DNA of 64,000 nt from Sphaerodactylus townsendi (taxonomy: Eukaryota): assembly GCF_021028975.2 (NCBI RefSeq), contig NC_059433.1, positions 48,856,001 to 48,920,000 of the forward strand, read 5' to 3'. Below are positions 25,190 to 37,471 of this stretch, in pieces. The notes under the pieces were generated by a model. It did not search any database. It saw nothing but the letters and a program-made list of their open reading frames with translations, and was not told the DNA's origin. Within the stretch, counting starts at the first letter, position 1. The number at the start of each line of letters is the position of its first letter. A program made the position numbers and the translations under genes.

Positions 25190-25512
25190 GCTTCCAAGGC
25201 AAATGAAAGGCAGAGGTGTTTTGCCATTGCCTTCCTCTACAAAGTCTTTCTTAGTGATCTCCCACCAAGGATTAATCCTTCTGAGATCTGATGAGATCAG
25301 GTTATACCAGTGGTTCTCAACCTTCCTAATGCCATGACCCTTTAATACAGTTCCTCATGTTGTGGTGACCCAACCCTAACATTTATCCATTTTACAGATG
25401 GAGAACACTGATGCAGAGAGTCTTAGGCAACCCCTGTGAAAGGGCCATTCGATCCCCAAAGGGGTCCCGATCCCCAGGTTGAGAACCACTGGGTTATACC
25501 ATGCTGTCTTCC
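25190..25512 (-). mobile_element. 5S rRNA-derived SINE with RTE-like tail, split by a SPIN-type MITE
   Basis: tctcccaccaagg...ttctgagatctgatgagatcagg is the reverse complement of the 5S rRNA internal promoter region. cagaggtgttttgccattgcc is an RTE-type tail. Confidence 0.65.
25308..25491. mobile_element. SPIN/URR1-type hAT MITE, 184 bp
   Basis: TIRs cagtggttctcaacct / aggttgagaaccactg with a perfect 8-bp TSD GGTTATAC. The subterminal sequences ccctttaatacagttcctcatgttgtggtgaccc and gtcttaggcaacccctgtgaaaggg match my recall of the URR1/SPIN ends. Confidence 0.85.
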
Positions 25513-25582
25513 TTCTTTAACCACTGTAGTGCCCTTTAAATAATATGGTTGCAATGGGGGCTGTTATATTGTGGGTTTACTC

Positions 25583-25683
25583 CAGTGGTGGGATTCAGCA
25601 GGTTCGCACCACTTCGGCAGAACCGGTGGTTAAAATGGTGCTTGTAAACAACCAGTTGTTAAAATATTTGAATCCAACCACTG
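25583..25683. mobile_element. 101-bp hAT MITE
   Basis: Same TIR as 23953, with a perfect TSD GTTTACTC. Confidence 0.92.
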
Positions 25684-25744
25684 GTTTACTCCATGGTACT
25701 ACAGTAATGTTCAAAAGCCATCAGTCACATGTGAAGGGTGAGTC

Positions 25745-26092
25745 GAGAGGTGTAGCTAGGGAAAATGGAGCCCGATACAAAATCTGAGTTTTGCGCCCCT
25801 CCCCCCATGGGCGGCTGCTGTGATGCTGGAATCCACCCCTCAAACAGCATCACTTTCAATGGTGTTTAAGCTAGGGAGTCCAAATTCTCCTTTTAAACCC
25901 ACCTTACAGGGAGAATCTGAGGTCCTCAGTTAAAACAACATTGAAAGTGATGCTGTTTTGGGATGGATTATCCCCCACCCTGAAACAGCATCACTTTCAA
26001 TGTTTAAACTGGGGACCTCAGATTTTCCCATTTAAATCCATCCCCAAGGGGGTGGATTTAAAGGAGAATCTGGGGAAATTTGGAGGGTGCCT
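25745..26092. mobile_element. Truncated hAT-like element with internal palindromes
   Basis: Starts gagaggtgtagctag (7260-type TIR). The aaacagcatcactttcaat motif occurs in both orientations. Confidence 0.55.
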
Positions 26093-28518
26093 ACAGACAC
26101 ATACACGAAGTCCATTTTCTCAGTTCTGGGAACAAAGAAACTTGGTGGGTTCAACACAGATGCATATTTCCCATCCAGATTAAGTGTTGGAGGTGTATTT
26201 GCTCATCATCAAATGAAAGAGATAGACACAGCAGGAAGAAAATGGCCTGCTCCACAATGCTGTTTCAGACAAGAGCAGTTTAAATAGGTCTAGTTCTTTA
26301 GGGTTATTTGGCTCATCCCTGCTTGGGCTGGCAAGGTTAGTGTAGGTACAATGATGTTCATTGTTACTTAGATTGGCAAGAACCTTAGGCATCCAAGGAT
26401 AGGACGGGAGTAGCCAAACCAGCCAATCTTGGGTGAATGGGTCAGGGGCATGGAAGGTGAATCCTTTGATGCTATGTATCATGTCTATGTTAAATGGCAT
26501 CATCATCTCTCTGCATAATTTTGGCATAAGCAAGAAGAAGCAAAACATGTATTTGGCTATACTGTACACTTCATTGGGTAGCCTCAGAGAAAGCCCACAT
26601 TAAATAGGGTGTGATTTTTTGAAACAGTTCAGAAATGTTCACCAACCCAAGTTAATACATATTTTGGGTTTATTGTATTTATTTTGGGTATGGAAGAAAT
26701 TACTGCAAATGTTAATGATATGCATAAATGCAGGAACACAGATAAGGCTGTATGAATGTAAAGCCTTCTTCTTGGGCTTCAGTTGGTGTCTGGTGGCTCA
26801 AGGACAATTTCACCTATACAAAGTGATGTTTTTTTCTCTTTCTGTAAAGCATCAGGGACTGTCAAAACCTAAAACAGGATTTATATAGCCTGAAGTTGTA
26901 ATTCAACATTATTTTCTTTTGGGAAAAATCAGTGGCTAAAGGGACAGTTTCATGTATGCCTTGAATCTTTGGGTTCCTACATTATATGATAAAACTATCA
27001 TTTGTTTTTGTTGCTATTTCTTGATAATATATAGTTTGGTTTGCATGTTTAGGTGACCTGAGCTTCTGTTTTGAAGTTTAATGCAGCACATTGGGTCTTC
27101 AAAGGTAGAGGTAGTTTCAATTGAGCAAGGGCTTCAGTTGCATAATCTGATTGGTCATGGGTCAAATGGGTGGATTCCTGTGTAATTCTAATTTGAAGTA
27201 CTTGTTCCACTGAACCATGAAAGTAATAGAGGCACTGTTTTTAATAGTATAGATCAGCAACAAACTTGAACCCAAGGAACCCAGTTATACAACCATTATT
27301 CCCTGCCACAGCCATACTGTGATAAAAACTTATGATGTAAGAGATCTAAGTGCTTTGAAATATTGCTTTAGAAAAAAAAGCTTGATGTTTTTGTTTAAGC
27401 ATTCATTCCTGCAACAGAAAACTTACCCATGGCTTTTATTTTGATCACCCAAATACCTCAATTTTTTTCTCTCTGACTCTGAGTGATGTAAGTGGTCAAC
27501 ATTATTAATGCAGAAGTCAAGCTGACTGTATCGCTTTTCCACCTATCATGTAGACTATTTCAGTCAACTGGTTGTGAAATTCATGTAGAACAGACTTGCA
27601 TAAAAGAATCCTGTATGTGTTTGGCTCCCTGGCTACCACATGGCAAAAAGACTAGTATTTTGAAATATGTCAGTCTATAAAGTATTTATTTTAAAATAAA
27701 GTGCATGCCAGCCTCAGTAGCTCTAGAACTGTTCAGATAAAGAAATTAAGTCCATAATTTCCAAGATATGAGCCTGTCAGTAAAATATATTGTGCCCATC
27801 AAATTGTACTATGATTGTTGGCTTGATTCTCCATGTCATTATGCTTGGTTTATGCTGCTTTTGCACCCACTCATTTTAGTTGAGATTGTTTTAGTTCTAA
27901 GACTGAATTCACAGCTAAATTATACCAATTTTATTTCACTGGTACCTACTGCTGAACACCACCTTATAGATGAAACACTAGTAGTTGTCATTTCATTGTA
28001 GTGTAAAACATGTTCTGACTAACTGTGTAATTGCCATACTATTTGCAGGTGTGGGTATCTTAATTTCATAAGACACACACATACAACAGAAAGTGCCTGG
28101 ACACATTTGATAATAACTGTGTTAATAACAGAGTAATTGTGCAGTTTTTTCCTCCCTACAAATTACATGGTAGTCATCCTTAGAATTACCATTAAAATGA
28201 AAAAATAAATGCTCTCACTAGATGCCAATGAGTGATTAATTTACAATTACAATATAATGGCATACTTATTGGTATCTGGCAAGATAAACCACTGCTCAAA
28301 ATTTGTATACTGTGAGGCATTGTCAGAGCTGACAAACATCCAAGAATCTCCATCTCTTTAACAATAGCTACCTTGACTCTGAAATCCATGAATTGGTGCT
28401 TGGCAGATAGTAGTTAACTGATGGCACTTGGGAGATCAACATGACATTCCATATTAAGTCAGCAATTTATGTACTGAAAGTAAGATGCCTTTTTTTAAAG
28501 TAAAAATTTGCCAACAGC

Positions 28519-28601
28519 TAGAGAGGTAGATTTGAAGAAAAAGAAGTAGATTTGAAGAGGTAGAGAGGTAGATTTGAAGAGGTAGAGAGGTAGATTTGAA
28601 G
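28519..28601. repeat. Short tandem repeat, ~21-bp unit (tagagaggtagatttgaagag)
   Basis: About four imperfect copies. Confidence 0.85.
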
Positions 28602-29013
28602 AAAAACATAATCTAAGGATCCAGTGGATATTCTTGGTACTTTCAGTCTTTTCATGCTGCTGAGTTGTGAGCAACCTAGAGAGTTGCCCATGGTAGGAAT
28701 GTAGGAAGCAGGTTCTCGTGATTGGGCCTTAAGTAATCTGGCAAATAGACACATGCATCAGCAAGGACCAGTCGTGGCAGACAAAACAAACATGACTGTT
28801 GCCCGGAAGAAGCCCAAAAATAACTTGAAATATTTTACAGCAATACCTGATAGGGGAGGCATACCAGTGCACTTCTTAGAGTCAGCAGAGGACATATAGA
28901 GAAGTTCCTGGATCTCTAATCCCAAAAGATAACACACATCCTCCATTATGCGGGCTCCAATGATGATAATAATGGGGTCTCTTGCAAAATTTTGTAGGGA
29001 TTAATAAGACAAT

Positions 29014-29140
29014 CTGACAAAGGGGAGCTTTGACTTTCAAAAGCTTATAGCTCAAAAATCTGCTTGATCTGTAAAGTGTTACTGGACTTGAATCTGGCTG
29101 TTTTACTGCAGACCAACATAACTACCTTCTGAAACAAGTC
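29014..29140 (+). mobile_element. Penelope-type terminal repeat fragment with decayed hammerhead-like core
   Basis: ctgacaaa-ggggag-ctttga-ctttc-aaaagctta...gtgttactggac, flanked by the direct repeat agacaat (29007-29013, 29141-29147). Confidence 0.55.
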
Positions 29141-30698
29141 AGACAATGTGTATGATATGATTTCAATATGTGAAAAAGAAAATAATTATGCTACTATTGT
29201 TTCACTTTGGTTCAGTTTACTTTCAGTTGTGATATGTCTTATGTCTTAATAACCAAATAGTTTAAACTCAGTGATTAATGATGTAAGTAGAAAGCGGAAC
29301 CAGCAGAATAGTCTGAAGAATCCCAAGGAGAGCCTATGCTGTTGATCATCATCATCACCTCCCTGATGAGTAAAGTGGAGAGTCTCCATTACAAAACAAA
29401 CAAAAAAATGACAAACCCTTCCCATGCACAAACAAGTTAACTATTACTTCGTGCTATAGGAATTCCCCAGGAATGCAGAAAAATATGACACCAGAAAATT
29501 AGTACACCCCCCCACCCCCAGCCACAACAATCCTACTCGGTCTAATGATGACTCAGTATACCCAGGAATATGGAATGCTAAGAGAAATTGAGAGTCAAAG
29601 AAAAAAAAATAGACAAGAGGAGGATAGGGAATTGAGAGCTTCTAGTTTGAGAGTTTAAAAATGCTAGAAAGATAGATGTGTGGGATAGATTTCCAAATCA
29701 TTTACCTGTCCCAACCAGGCAATTCCTTGCTAGCTGCCAGCTTGTAGTAGTGGTAACATCATCATCATCATCAACAACAACAGCAACAACAACATACTAC
29801 TACTGAACAAAACAGACAGATATTAATTGACCAGACTGAATTAGACCTCATACATTTTAAGAATATGCAAAAGTATATTGCTTAGTATAAGAAAAAGGAA
29901 GAAAATATGGCATATTTTAAAGTAATTCTCTATGAAAATGTACTATTTTTGCTCACAGGGGATAATTTCTGTTAGAGATAGCAAATGGACAAATGACTGA
30001 GTAGCTGTTCAATTAATCATCAAGTCTTAGATTGCCCAAGGTATGCATGGGCTTTAAATAAATGGTAGCTTTGTTTCCTAACAGTTTTAGGGCTGTGTGT
30101 TCAGCAGTCTCCAAAAAATACTGAAAATTGTGCCTGTTGAGTCTGTATTGTTCTGTGTTGAGGAGAGAGGACTAGGAGACAAGAACACACTTGAGGAACC
30201 AAAGCCATTGTATTGACTTTCAAATGAACAGAAATTAGATGGAAAAATCTGTTTCCTAGGATGGTACTTTCCCTAGTGGATACCTCCACACATCACTTAT
30301 GCACATACATTGGCATTTCCAATAACGTTCTGATAGGAAAATAATGAAAAAAACACTCCCATCTTTTTCATTTCAAATTTCAACTCAAATTTGATCTTTA
30401 GTGTAGAAATGGATGATGAAAGGCAAGAGAGGCACAGAGATCTCAGCTAATAAAGATGACTGGCAAAAATACATTCTCATTAACATTTCTTTGCTGCTTC
30501 CCAACGTCCTCTTTTACATCTGATTTGCTTGCTGTCTTTTCCTTGTGTATTTGTTTACCAAGCCTATGATCTTGCTGATTTCAAAGGAAAGCCTGGAATC
30601 CAAGTGTTTAGAAACATCATCATTCAGAAATCTTTAGGGCTTTTCCTGCATACTTGGAACTCCAAGGGCCCAAAACCTGACTTATTTCCCTTCATTCA

Positions 30699-31150
30699 GC
30701 CCCCTTCTGCACAGGCCAATAAACTTGGGATAACAATGGTATAAAACCCATTTTGGCAGGGGGACTTTGCACGGATCTTGCCCCTAATGCGAGTCTGCCC
30801 AGTGTTTTTCCCCCACCAGGGGAATCACACTGTCTGCAATTCTTTTGTTTTAATGGGGCTTGCAGCCATGCGTGAGCAAATGGCTGCCTGGGAAGCACTT
30901 TACTCGGCAGCACTTCCCTTTTTTTTACAGTCCCCGCCTCTCAGCTGTGTAGCCATGCAGGGGCACAAGGACGGCAGCATGGCTGTGGAGGTCCATTCCT
31001 GCCTGCCCAAGTTGATGATAGCTATAGAGTTGATGATAGCTATGCTGCAAGAGAGGTGAGTGGGAAAATCCACACCTCCATGCGAAGGCATGACAACAAC
31101 CCACATTGCTTTTGCGGGCTCCGGTCACTTCCTGCAGCACACTGGGAAGA
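30699..31150. mobile_element. Harbinger-like MITE (family of 52880)
   Basis: The 5' part aligns with 52880-53000 (gggataacaatgg...aaacccattt...ggggactttgca...gcccctaatgcg). Confidence 0.7.
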
Positions 31151-31194
31151 TGGAAAAACACCAGCAAACTCAGAATGGTTAAATAAGATTTTTT

Positions 31195-31305
31195 TAAATA
31201 AAAAGAGTCAAGATTAGAGACATTATTCAAGAACACCTGGAGTTGGTCCAGTACTTCTTTCTCAATCACTTTGCCTAGAAAAAGCAGATTAGAGATGAGC
31301 AATAA
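31195..31305 (-). mobile_element. L2 RT fragment
   Basis: ISNLLFLGKVIEKEVLDQLQVFL...LDSF resembles L2 PISNLPFLGKVIE. Confidence 0.7.
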
Positions 31306-32015
31306 TTGGCCACATCATTTTTTTGTGATTTTAAAAAAAGTAGTGGATGAGTTTTGGGGCAGCCATATCCAGAGCCCTGGGGTGACAAGGGATGGCACTG
31401 CTACAGCACCACTCTGCCATTTCCAGAGAGCATTTCAGCAATGTGGAGAGGTAAAAATCCCCCAACCTTCCTCACTTTTGAAAAGCACTCCATTGGGCTC
31501 AATGGGCTTACGCCACCCAAAAGAGGGATTTAAGTCCATTCCCTGAGGGCTGGCATCCCAGGGGTGGAATGCTGACTAATGCTGGGGTGGAAGCTGATTA
31601 ATGTCAACCCCATCCCTGACCACACTTCTGGAATACCCTGACCACACTTCTGGAATACCCTGCAGAACCACCCACCAGTGGATTTTTTGCTCGATTAAGT
31701 ACCCTGTGAAGGGAAAATCTGCCAGCATAGGACCCCATCATCTCCACAACTGCTTTCGGCGCCCCACTCTAGATTGGGCCATAAGTAGTAGAGTGGCCTC
31801 TTTGAGTGACTATGGGAAAGGACCATGATTTAATGCTTAATTTATGATGGACACTAAGGACTCATCAATGTGGTTCTTACATGATTTTAGCAGTTAGCAT
31901 GGGCAGAGATCCAGGACCCCAATAGTGGCCTTACAGATACCAGGATCTTATTAACATCCATTACAAGCACTGAGTCAAAAAGGTCCATAAATAACCCAAA
32001 TTGGAAATGATTTTA

Positions 32016-32095
32016 ATTATTATTATTATTATTATTATTTTATTAGACTTAATAAACCGCCCAACCCCCAAAGGGTTCTGGGCGGTGTACAATGA
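32016..32095 (-). mobile_element. L2-type 3' end with (AAT)n tail
   Basis: (ATT)n followed by aaaccgccc...gggcggtgtacaa. Confidence 0.6.
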
Positions 32096-32839
32096 GACAT
32101 AAAACAAATACAATATAAGGTCTCATAATTACAATATAACAATAAAACATTAAAATTCATTAAAATACATTATATACATTAAAATACATTATATACATTA
32201 TAATGATTATTACAATATTATGTCTAAGCCCAAAGAAAGCTGAATTTTGGAATAAATCAATTCAATGGATGCTGTGCTGTACTTCATTAATAACAGAATT
32301 ATAAATTCCAAGTTGGAATTTGCCCATATCCATTTTTCAAAATGCTACAGTTGATGATAAGGAATGAGTTTTAAAAACAGATTTGGTAATCAGCATTTAT
32401 GACTTCATAAAGGTTATATTATTCGTTATATTATTTTAAAACGATGTAAAGTTACGTTACAATATCAATAAATAAATAAATAGGAAATTTGCCAACTAGG
32501 AATAATGAAAATAACCTTTCCAACCATGCATGAAATTAAAAGAAATTGAAAAAATGTGTCTCTAGTCAAATTGTAGGCCATTACTTTAAATTACAAGAAC
32601 ATTTAGAATACTGGCAAGAACATTTAGAATATAAGGCTGCTTATAAATATAATAAATAAATGAAAGATGAAATGGACTCAGTCATTTTGCAAAATTATCT
32701 CTGGAGTGGCTTCTAAATGTGGAGGGGGGTTTGAACCTTGCATTTTAATTCTGTTGGCTCTGATATAAATGGCCCACTTTTCTCTATTGGTGAATGCAAA
32801 TCCTGTGTTTGGGGGGAGTCCATTGTCCATGAACTTAGC

Positions 32840-33157
32840 ATGCCCTTGGCCTTTGCTTCTGGTGTTTTTAAATATTGGTAGTCAAGCTTTGTTAATTCTC
32901 AGAGTCTCTTCTTTTGTGTTGAAGTTTTCTTGGTGCTTGTGAATTTCAATGGCCTCCCTGTGCAGTCTGACATAGTAACCTTCTGAATTGTCCAGAATTT
33001 CAGTGTTTTTGAATAAAATGTTATGTCCAGTTTTGTTTAAGACATGTCCTGCTACTGTAGATTTTTCAGGATGGTTAAGCCGACAGTGTCTTTCGTGCTC
33101 CTTAATGTGAGTCTGAATTTTGTGTTTCCTATGTAGACCTTTCCACAGCTGCAGAAT
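32840..33157 (-). mobile_element. Penelope-like element GIY-YIG endonuclease remnant
   Basis: CSCGKVYIGNT / IQTHIKEHERHCRLNHPEKSTVAGH...GHNILF..TEILD...RLHREAIEIHKH..NFN, with one frameshift. Confidence 0.9.
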
Positions 33158-36100
33158 CTACAGAGGTCTACATAGAATATTGGAATCCTCTCCAATACCG
33201 TACTGGGCTATTGTCTTGTCTTGGCTGCAGAGACTACCAAACCTTGACAGAGGCAGGTGGGGTAGGGAAGGTGATGTGAAGGCTTCACTGTGGTAGCTTA
33301 TCTGTGGTAGTGTGGCTTCCCCATTGGGTTCTAGCTCTATAGCTGTTGTAACTGCAATGAATTCTCGGTGGGATGGCACAGCCACAGATTGTGTGGACTT
33401 TGCTGTCCCAGTTGAGTTTCTTACCCTAGTACTAGCCTTAGTGCTCTTGTCTCTGCCCAGCTGCCACCTCTATTACTTTAAATCTCCATGGCTGGATGCT
33501 GAAAAACAGTATCCCATGAGATCTGCCCTACCTTATGCCATTTGTTATGTTCTGACTTGTGTTTTAAATTGCCTGTGTTCCTGCCATTTCACCCTGGGTA
33601 GAGGGAAATGCTTATTCTTGGGCCCTATGGGCCTTGCCATGGTTTTGGAAGGCATATGTTTGTGCTGGCAAAAGTAGGTATTTCCAGGCCAAAAGTGCTC
33701 AAGGAGCTAACTAACATCGTTCCCTCCCCTGATTATGCCTCCTTTGGCACTAGAGCAAGCCACTGTGCCGGGCTACACTGCCACCATGACTGCATCAGCA
33801 CTTCTTTGTTGTGCTCCTATGCTGTTCTCTGAGTGTAAGTGCCCTGTTGCTTATGCCAGCAAAAGAGGCAGTTGCACAAAAGTCATGATGTTTCCATAGA
33901 GCTTTTACACCCACTCCAAATTGCTCTGTGAATACTCTTCTGTAATGAAGGATAATCTACTTAGTATGGTGACCCACAAAAAAAAAGAGCATGTACAGAT
34001 CACTAAGACTGTAAAATTTTACCAAACTGTTTTGGGACTCCCTTTTGGATTGGAACCCACAGGTTGGGAAACAGTGATCTTGAGTAGCTTACTACAGTCC
34101 AAAATAAGGCATTTCTTTGCCATTAGGTCATTGTCCATCTTGTCTGAGGGCAGCCTTTTCAAATCATATGTCACTGCACAGAGAAGAGCTCTATGTTTTG
34201 TAGCCTTTTCCAGAACAGAGAAAATGGCACCTTGTTTTTTAGAAACCCCTTGCCACATCCGAGAACAAGCTGTTGAATGCTGCACATAATTCAAAGTGAA
34301 GGGCTCAGAATGAATATTGCTTGCTAATCTTTTCTAGCAGTCCATGAAAGAGCCACAGCTGCTGTTTTAGTTAGGCTGTGAAATGTATTAAATGATAGAC
34401 CAAATATGTACAGAAATCTGAAAACAATTCTGTAAAATATTATCATATTTTAAGTTACAATTTAATGTGATTATTTTATCAGCTGCTATTGCAACAGTGG
34501 AATTATATCCAGATGAGCAGTTCCAGGTGGTAAGTGGGCTTGTGTGCCCCCAAAGGAGGATCCATTGGTGGGTGAAGAATGCATTCACTTCTTGCGGTGA
34601 TACCTTTGCTCAGTGTTACGGTAATGCATTCACTCAGATCCAACATGACTTGCTTATGACAGTTACAACAAAATGTGGGTGTCAGAGCAACTACATGCCA
34701 TTGTGATTGCTTAGAATATTCCAGTTTTGTTTTCCAAAGAAACTGACAAGGTACTTGAGGTGGCCTTCACGTTTTTTAAATCATTGCTCGATTAGTTGAT
34801 TAAGTGGTCAACTAAGTGGAACGTAGAGACCTGGTAGCTGAAATAATAAATGGATTACTTCAGGAAGCTGGGAATTTAGCTTGGGTGAGATCAGTGGTTG
34901 TACTTCTTTTCCTGGATCACCATTTCTCCCCACTTAAGATTTGTTTTGAAAAGTTGACATTAGAAGTTGTGATGTCCCATTCAAGGACATAAAGCTTCTT
35001 GCTAGAATATGGAAATTCTGGTTTTAGAAAAAGGAATGGCAGCTTGTTCCCTCCCTCAAAGTGCCTTTCTAGGGATTCTAGCTTCTAGGTGGGATCTAGG
35101 GATTCCCTGGAATTACAGCTCATCTCCAGACTAAATAGATCAGTTCCCCTGAAGAAAATATATGCTTTGGAGGGTAGACTCTATGATACTGTACCCCAAT
35201 GAGGTCTCAGAATCCACCCCGCCCTAAATTTGCAGAGTTTTCCAGTCTGTATCTGGCAACCTCCCCTCCATTCCTCGCTAGTAGCCAGGGTGGGGGGGGG
35301 TGGGGAACCTGGTAACCCTAAGTCTATCAGACTTACTCAGATCTATTCAAACAGTTCCCACTCATCTGTGCTTACGGTGGATTTTTTATGATCAAAATCA
35401 TTTATATCATGTTTCAGTGATTTTGGGAAAAATCCTTATTTAGTTATGACTAGTGTGAGTGGCAGGATACTGTAAGGGAAAAAGAAACATCATGAGAAAA
35501 GTATTATTTAAGAAAGATGTTCATACAAGCAATTAAAAAACCTTTTGAACTTAAAACTGATAATTATTATTAAGTTTATATGTTTCTATCAGGATTGAGG
35601 TCATCCCTAGCAGAGACAGGGATGAGTCAGAGTGATCCAAGAATTGCCACTGGGGAGCAGAAGCCTGGGCTGCACTAAATTGACAAACAGAGTCAAAGTC
35701 ATTAGAAAGGTTAGTTTTGGGGAAACAGAAACTGCCAAATCACCAGACTGGAGCAGAAGTCACAAGAAAACAAAATAAAACAGTGTTTGAGATGAAGAGA
35801 AAAGAGCAGACACATTTACCTTCAGATCCCATGCCCTTTGCAAAGGGGGTGGAATGCCTTCCCCAGCACACAGCAGTTGTCTGCATTTGCATTTACCACT
35901 GTCTCCTGGGAGCCTCCTCCTCTGCCATTCTGAAGGCATATGGGTGGCCAGCCAAGTACCTAAAATCGTCCCTAAGGTGACAGGGCTGGATTATCACAGG
36001 TGAGCAACGAGAACAGGGAGCCTCTGCCACTCCCATCATTCCCCCTTACCAATGAAACTACTACAGAACTGGTAGCTCATGAAGAAGATGGAAAGCTTCC

Positions 36101-36368
36101 ACTGCCACCCTTCCAACCCTCAAAACTGCTGCTAAGTTAGCTGTTCTGGGATGGGCAAGGATGAGCCTTCACTCCCCCACTCCATCACTGTCTCCCCTCA
36201 ACAGTCAGACACAGGAAGAGGGACATTTAAATAAGTTAAACATGGAGGCAGTGGTGTACCTCCTACAGGGACATGGGACAAGCCATGTCCTTGGGTACAC
36301 ACCTTTTGGTCACATGGGGTGGGGCTTACTCTCATCTGCAGTAAACTAAGCCTGCATGAGGCTGGGCT

Positions 36369-36529
36369 CAGTGGTGGGATTAAAATAATTTAATAACTGG
36401 TTCCAGTGGTGGGATTGAAAAAAAATAACAACTGGTGGGATTGAAATGGTGGGATTGAAAAAAATTAACAACTCCATTTTAACAAATGGTTCTGCTGAAG
36501 TGGTGCAAACCTGCTGAATCCCACTACTG
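36369..36529. mobile_element. hAT MITE (23953 family, inverted) with iterated terminus
   Basis: cagtggtgggatt...gaatcccactactg, with TSD gctgggct/gccgggcc. Confidence 0.8.
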
Positions 36530-37050
36530 GCCGGGCCCAACCGTGCAGCTGGGAGGCCATTCCCCCCCCCCAGGGCGGCCATGCCAGTGTGGGAAGCCAG
36601 GCCCAGCTGCACACCCAGGAGACCTCTCCCCCCCTGCAAAAGGGGTGCTCTGGGCTCCTGCCCTCACCAACTTCCCTGCTGACAGGGAGGGCAGGAGCCA
36701 ACCTGGGCCCACCACGATGTCAATCTGAGCTGCCTGCCAGAGCCGCCACAGTAAGTGGGGTGGGAGGGGGTGGGAGAGGGGTGGGGTGGGGGGCACTTGA
36801 CTGGGTGTTGCCCCGAGGTGCCATTTTCCCCAATATGCCTCTTCATGGAGTGGAGGGGGATGATAGGATGAAATCCCCCTACTAGTCTCATGGTGGATTA
36901 GGCGAGAGGAGAAGAGTGAGCTGCCTGCAAATGGTTTAGCCAGAAGGGTGGAGGATAGGATTTCTCTTTGTGAGTCTTGTGCATAATGATTTAGTGGTCC
37001 CACAGGTTCCTGTGACAGAATATAATTTCCATGTCTAGAAGTAAGGACAA

Positions 37051-37220
37051 NNNNNNNNNNNNNNNNNNNNNNNNNNNNNNNNNNNNNNNNNNNNNNNNNN
37101 NNNNNNNNNNNNNNNNNNNNNNNNNNNNNNNNNNNNNNNNNNNNNNNNNNNNNNNNNNNNNNNNNNNNNNNNNNNNNNNNNNNNNNNNNNNNNNNNNNNN
37201 NNNNNNNNNNNNNNNNNNNN
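37051..37220. other. Assembly gap (N run)
   Basis: N bases. Confidence 1.
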
Positions 37221-37471
37221 AACCAGAAAAAAGTTAACCTTGTTTCATGACATAAACAATGCCCACCTTTCTCTTAATTTATCAACCATTGTATCTTGAT
37301 TGTGATTCTATTTTGAAATGTCAGTTTAGACATGAAAGTAATTTTCCACACTCTTGTAATCTAATCATTAATATGGGAGGACCACAGAGGATTTCCAACA
37401 GAGTATTACACATTTTTGAAGCAGTTGGCAAGCTTGTAATGAGGCAGGCACACAGGCTTTAACATTTTTAA

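Noticed and set aside
25255-25302. Functional 5S rRNA gene (likewise tRNA genes at the SINE heads)
   Set aside because: The sequences are partial, diverged and embedded in SINE bodies.
29363-29400. CTGATGA + hairpin + AAAAC resembling a hammerhead core
   Set aside because: The GAAA is mutated and I could not build stems I and III around a cleavage triplet.
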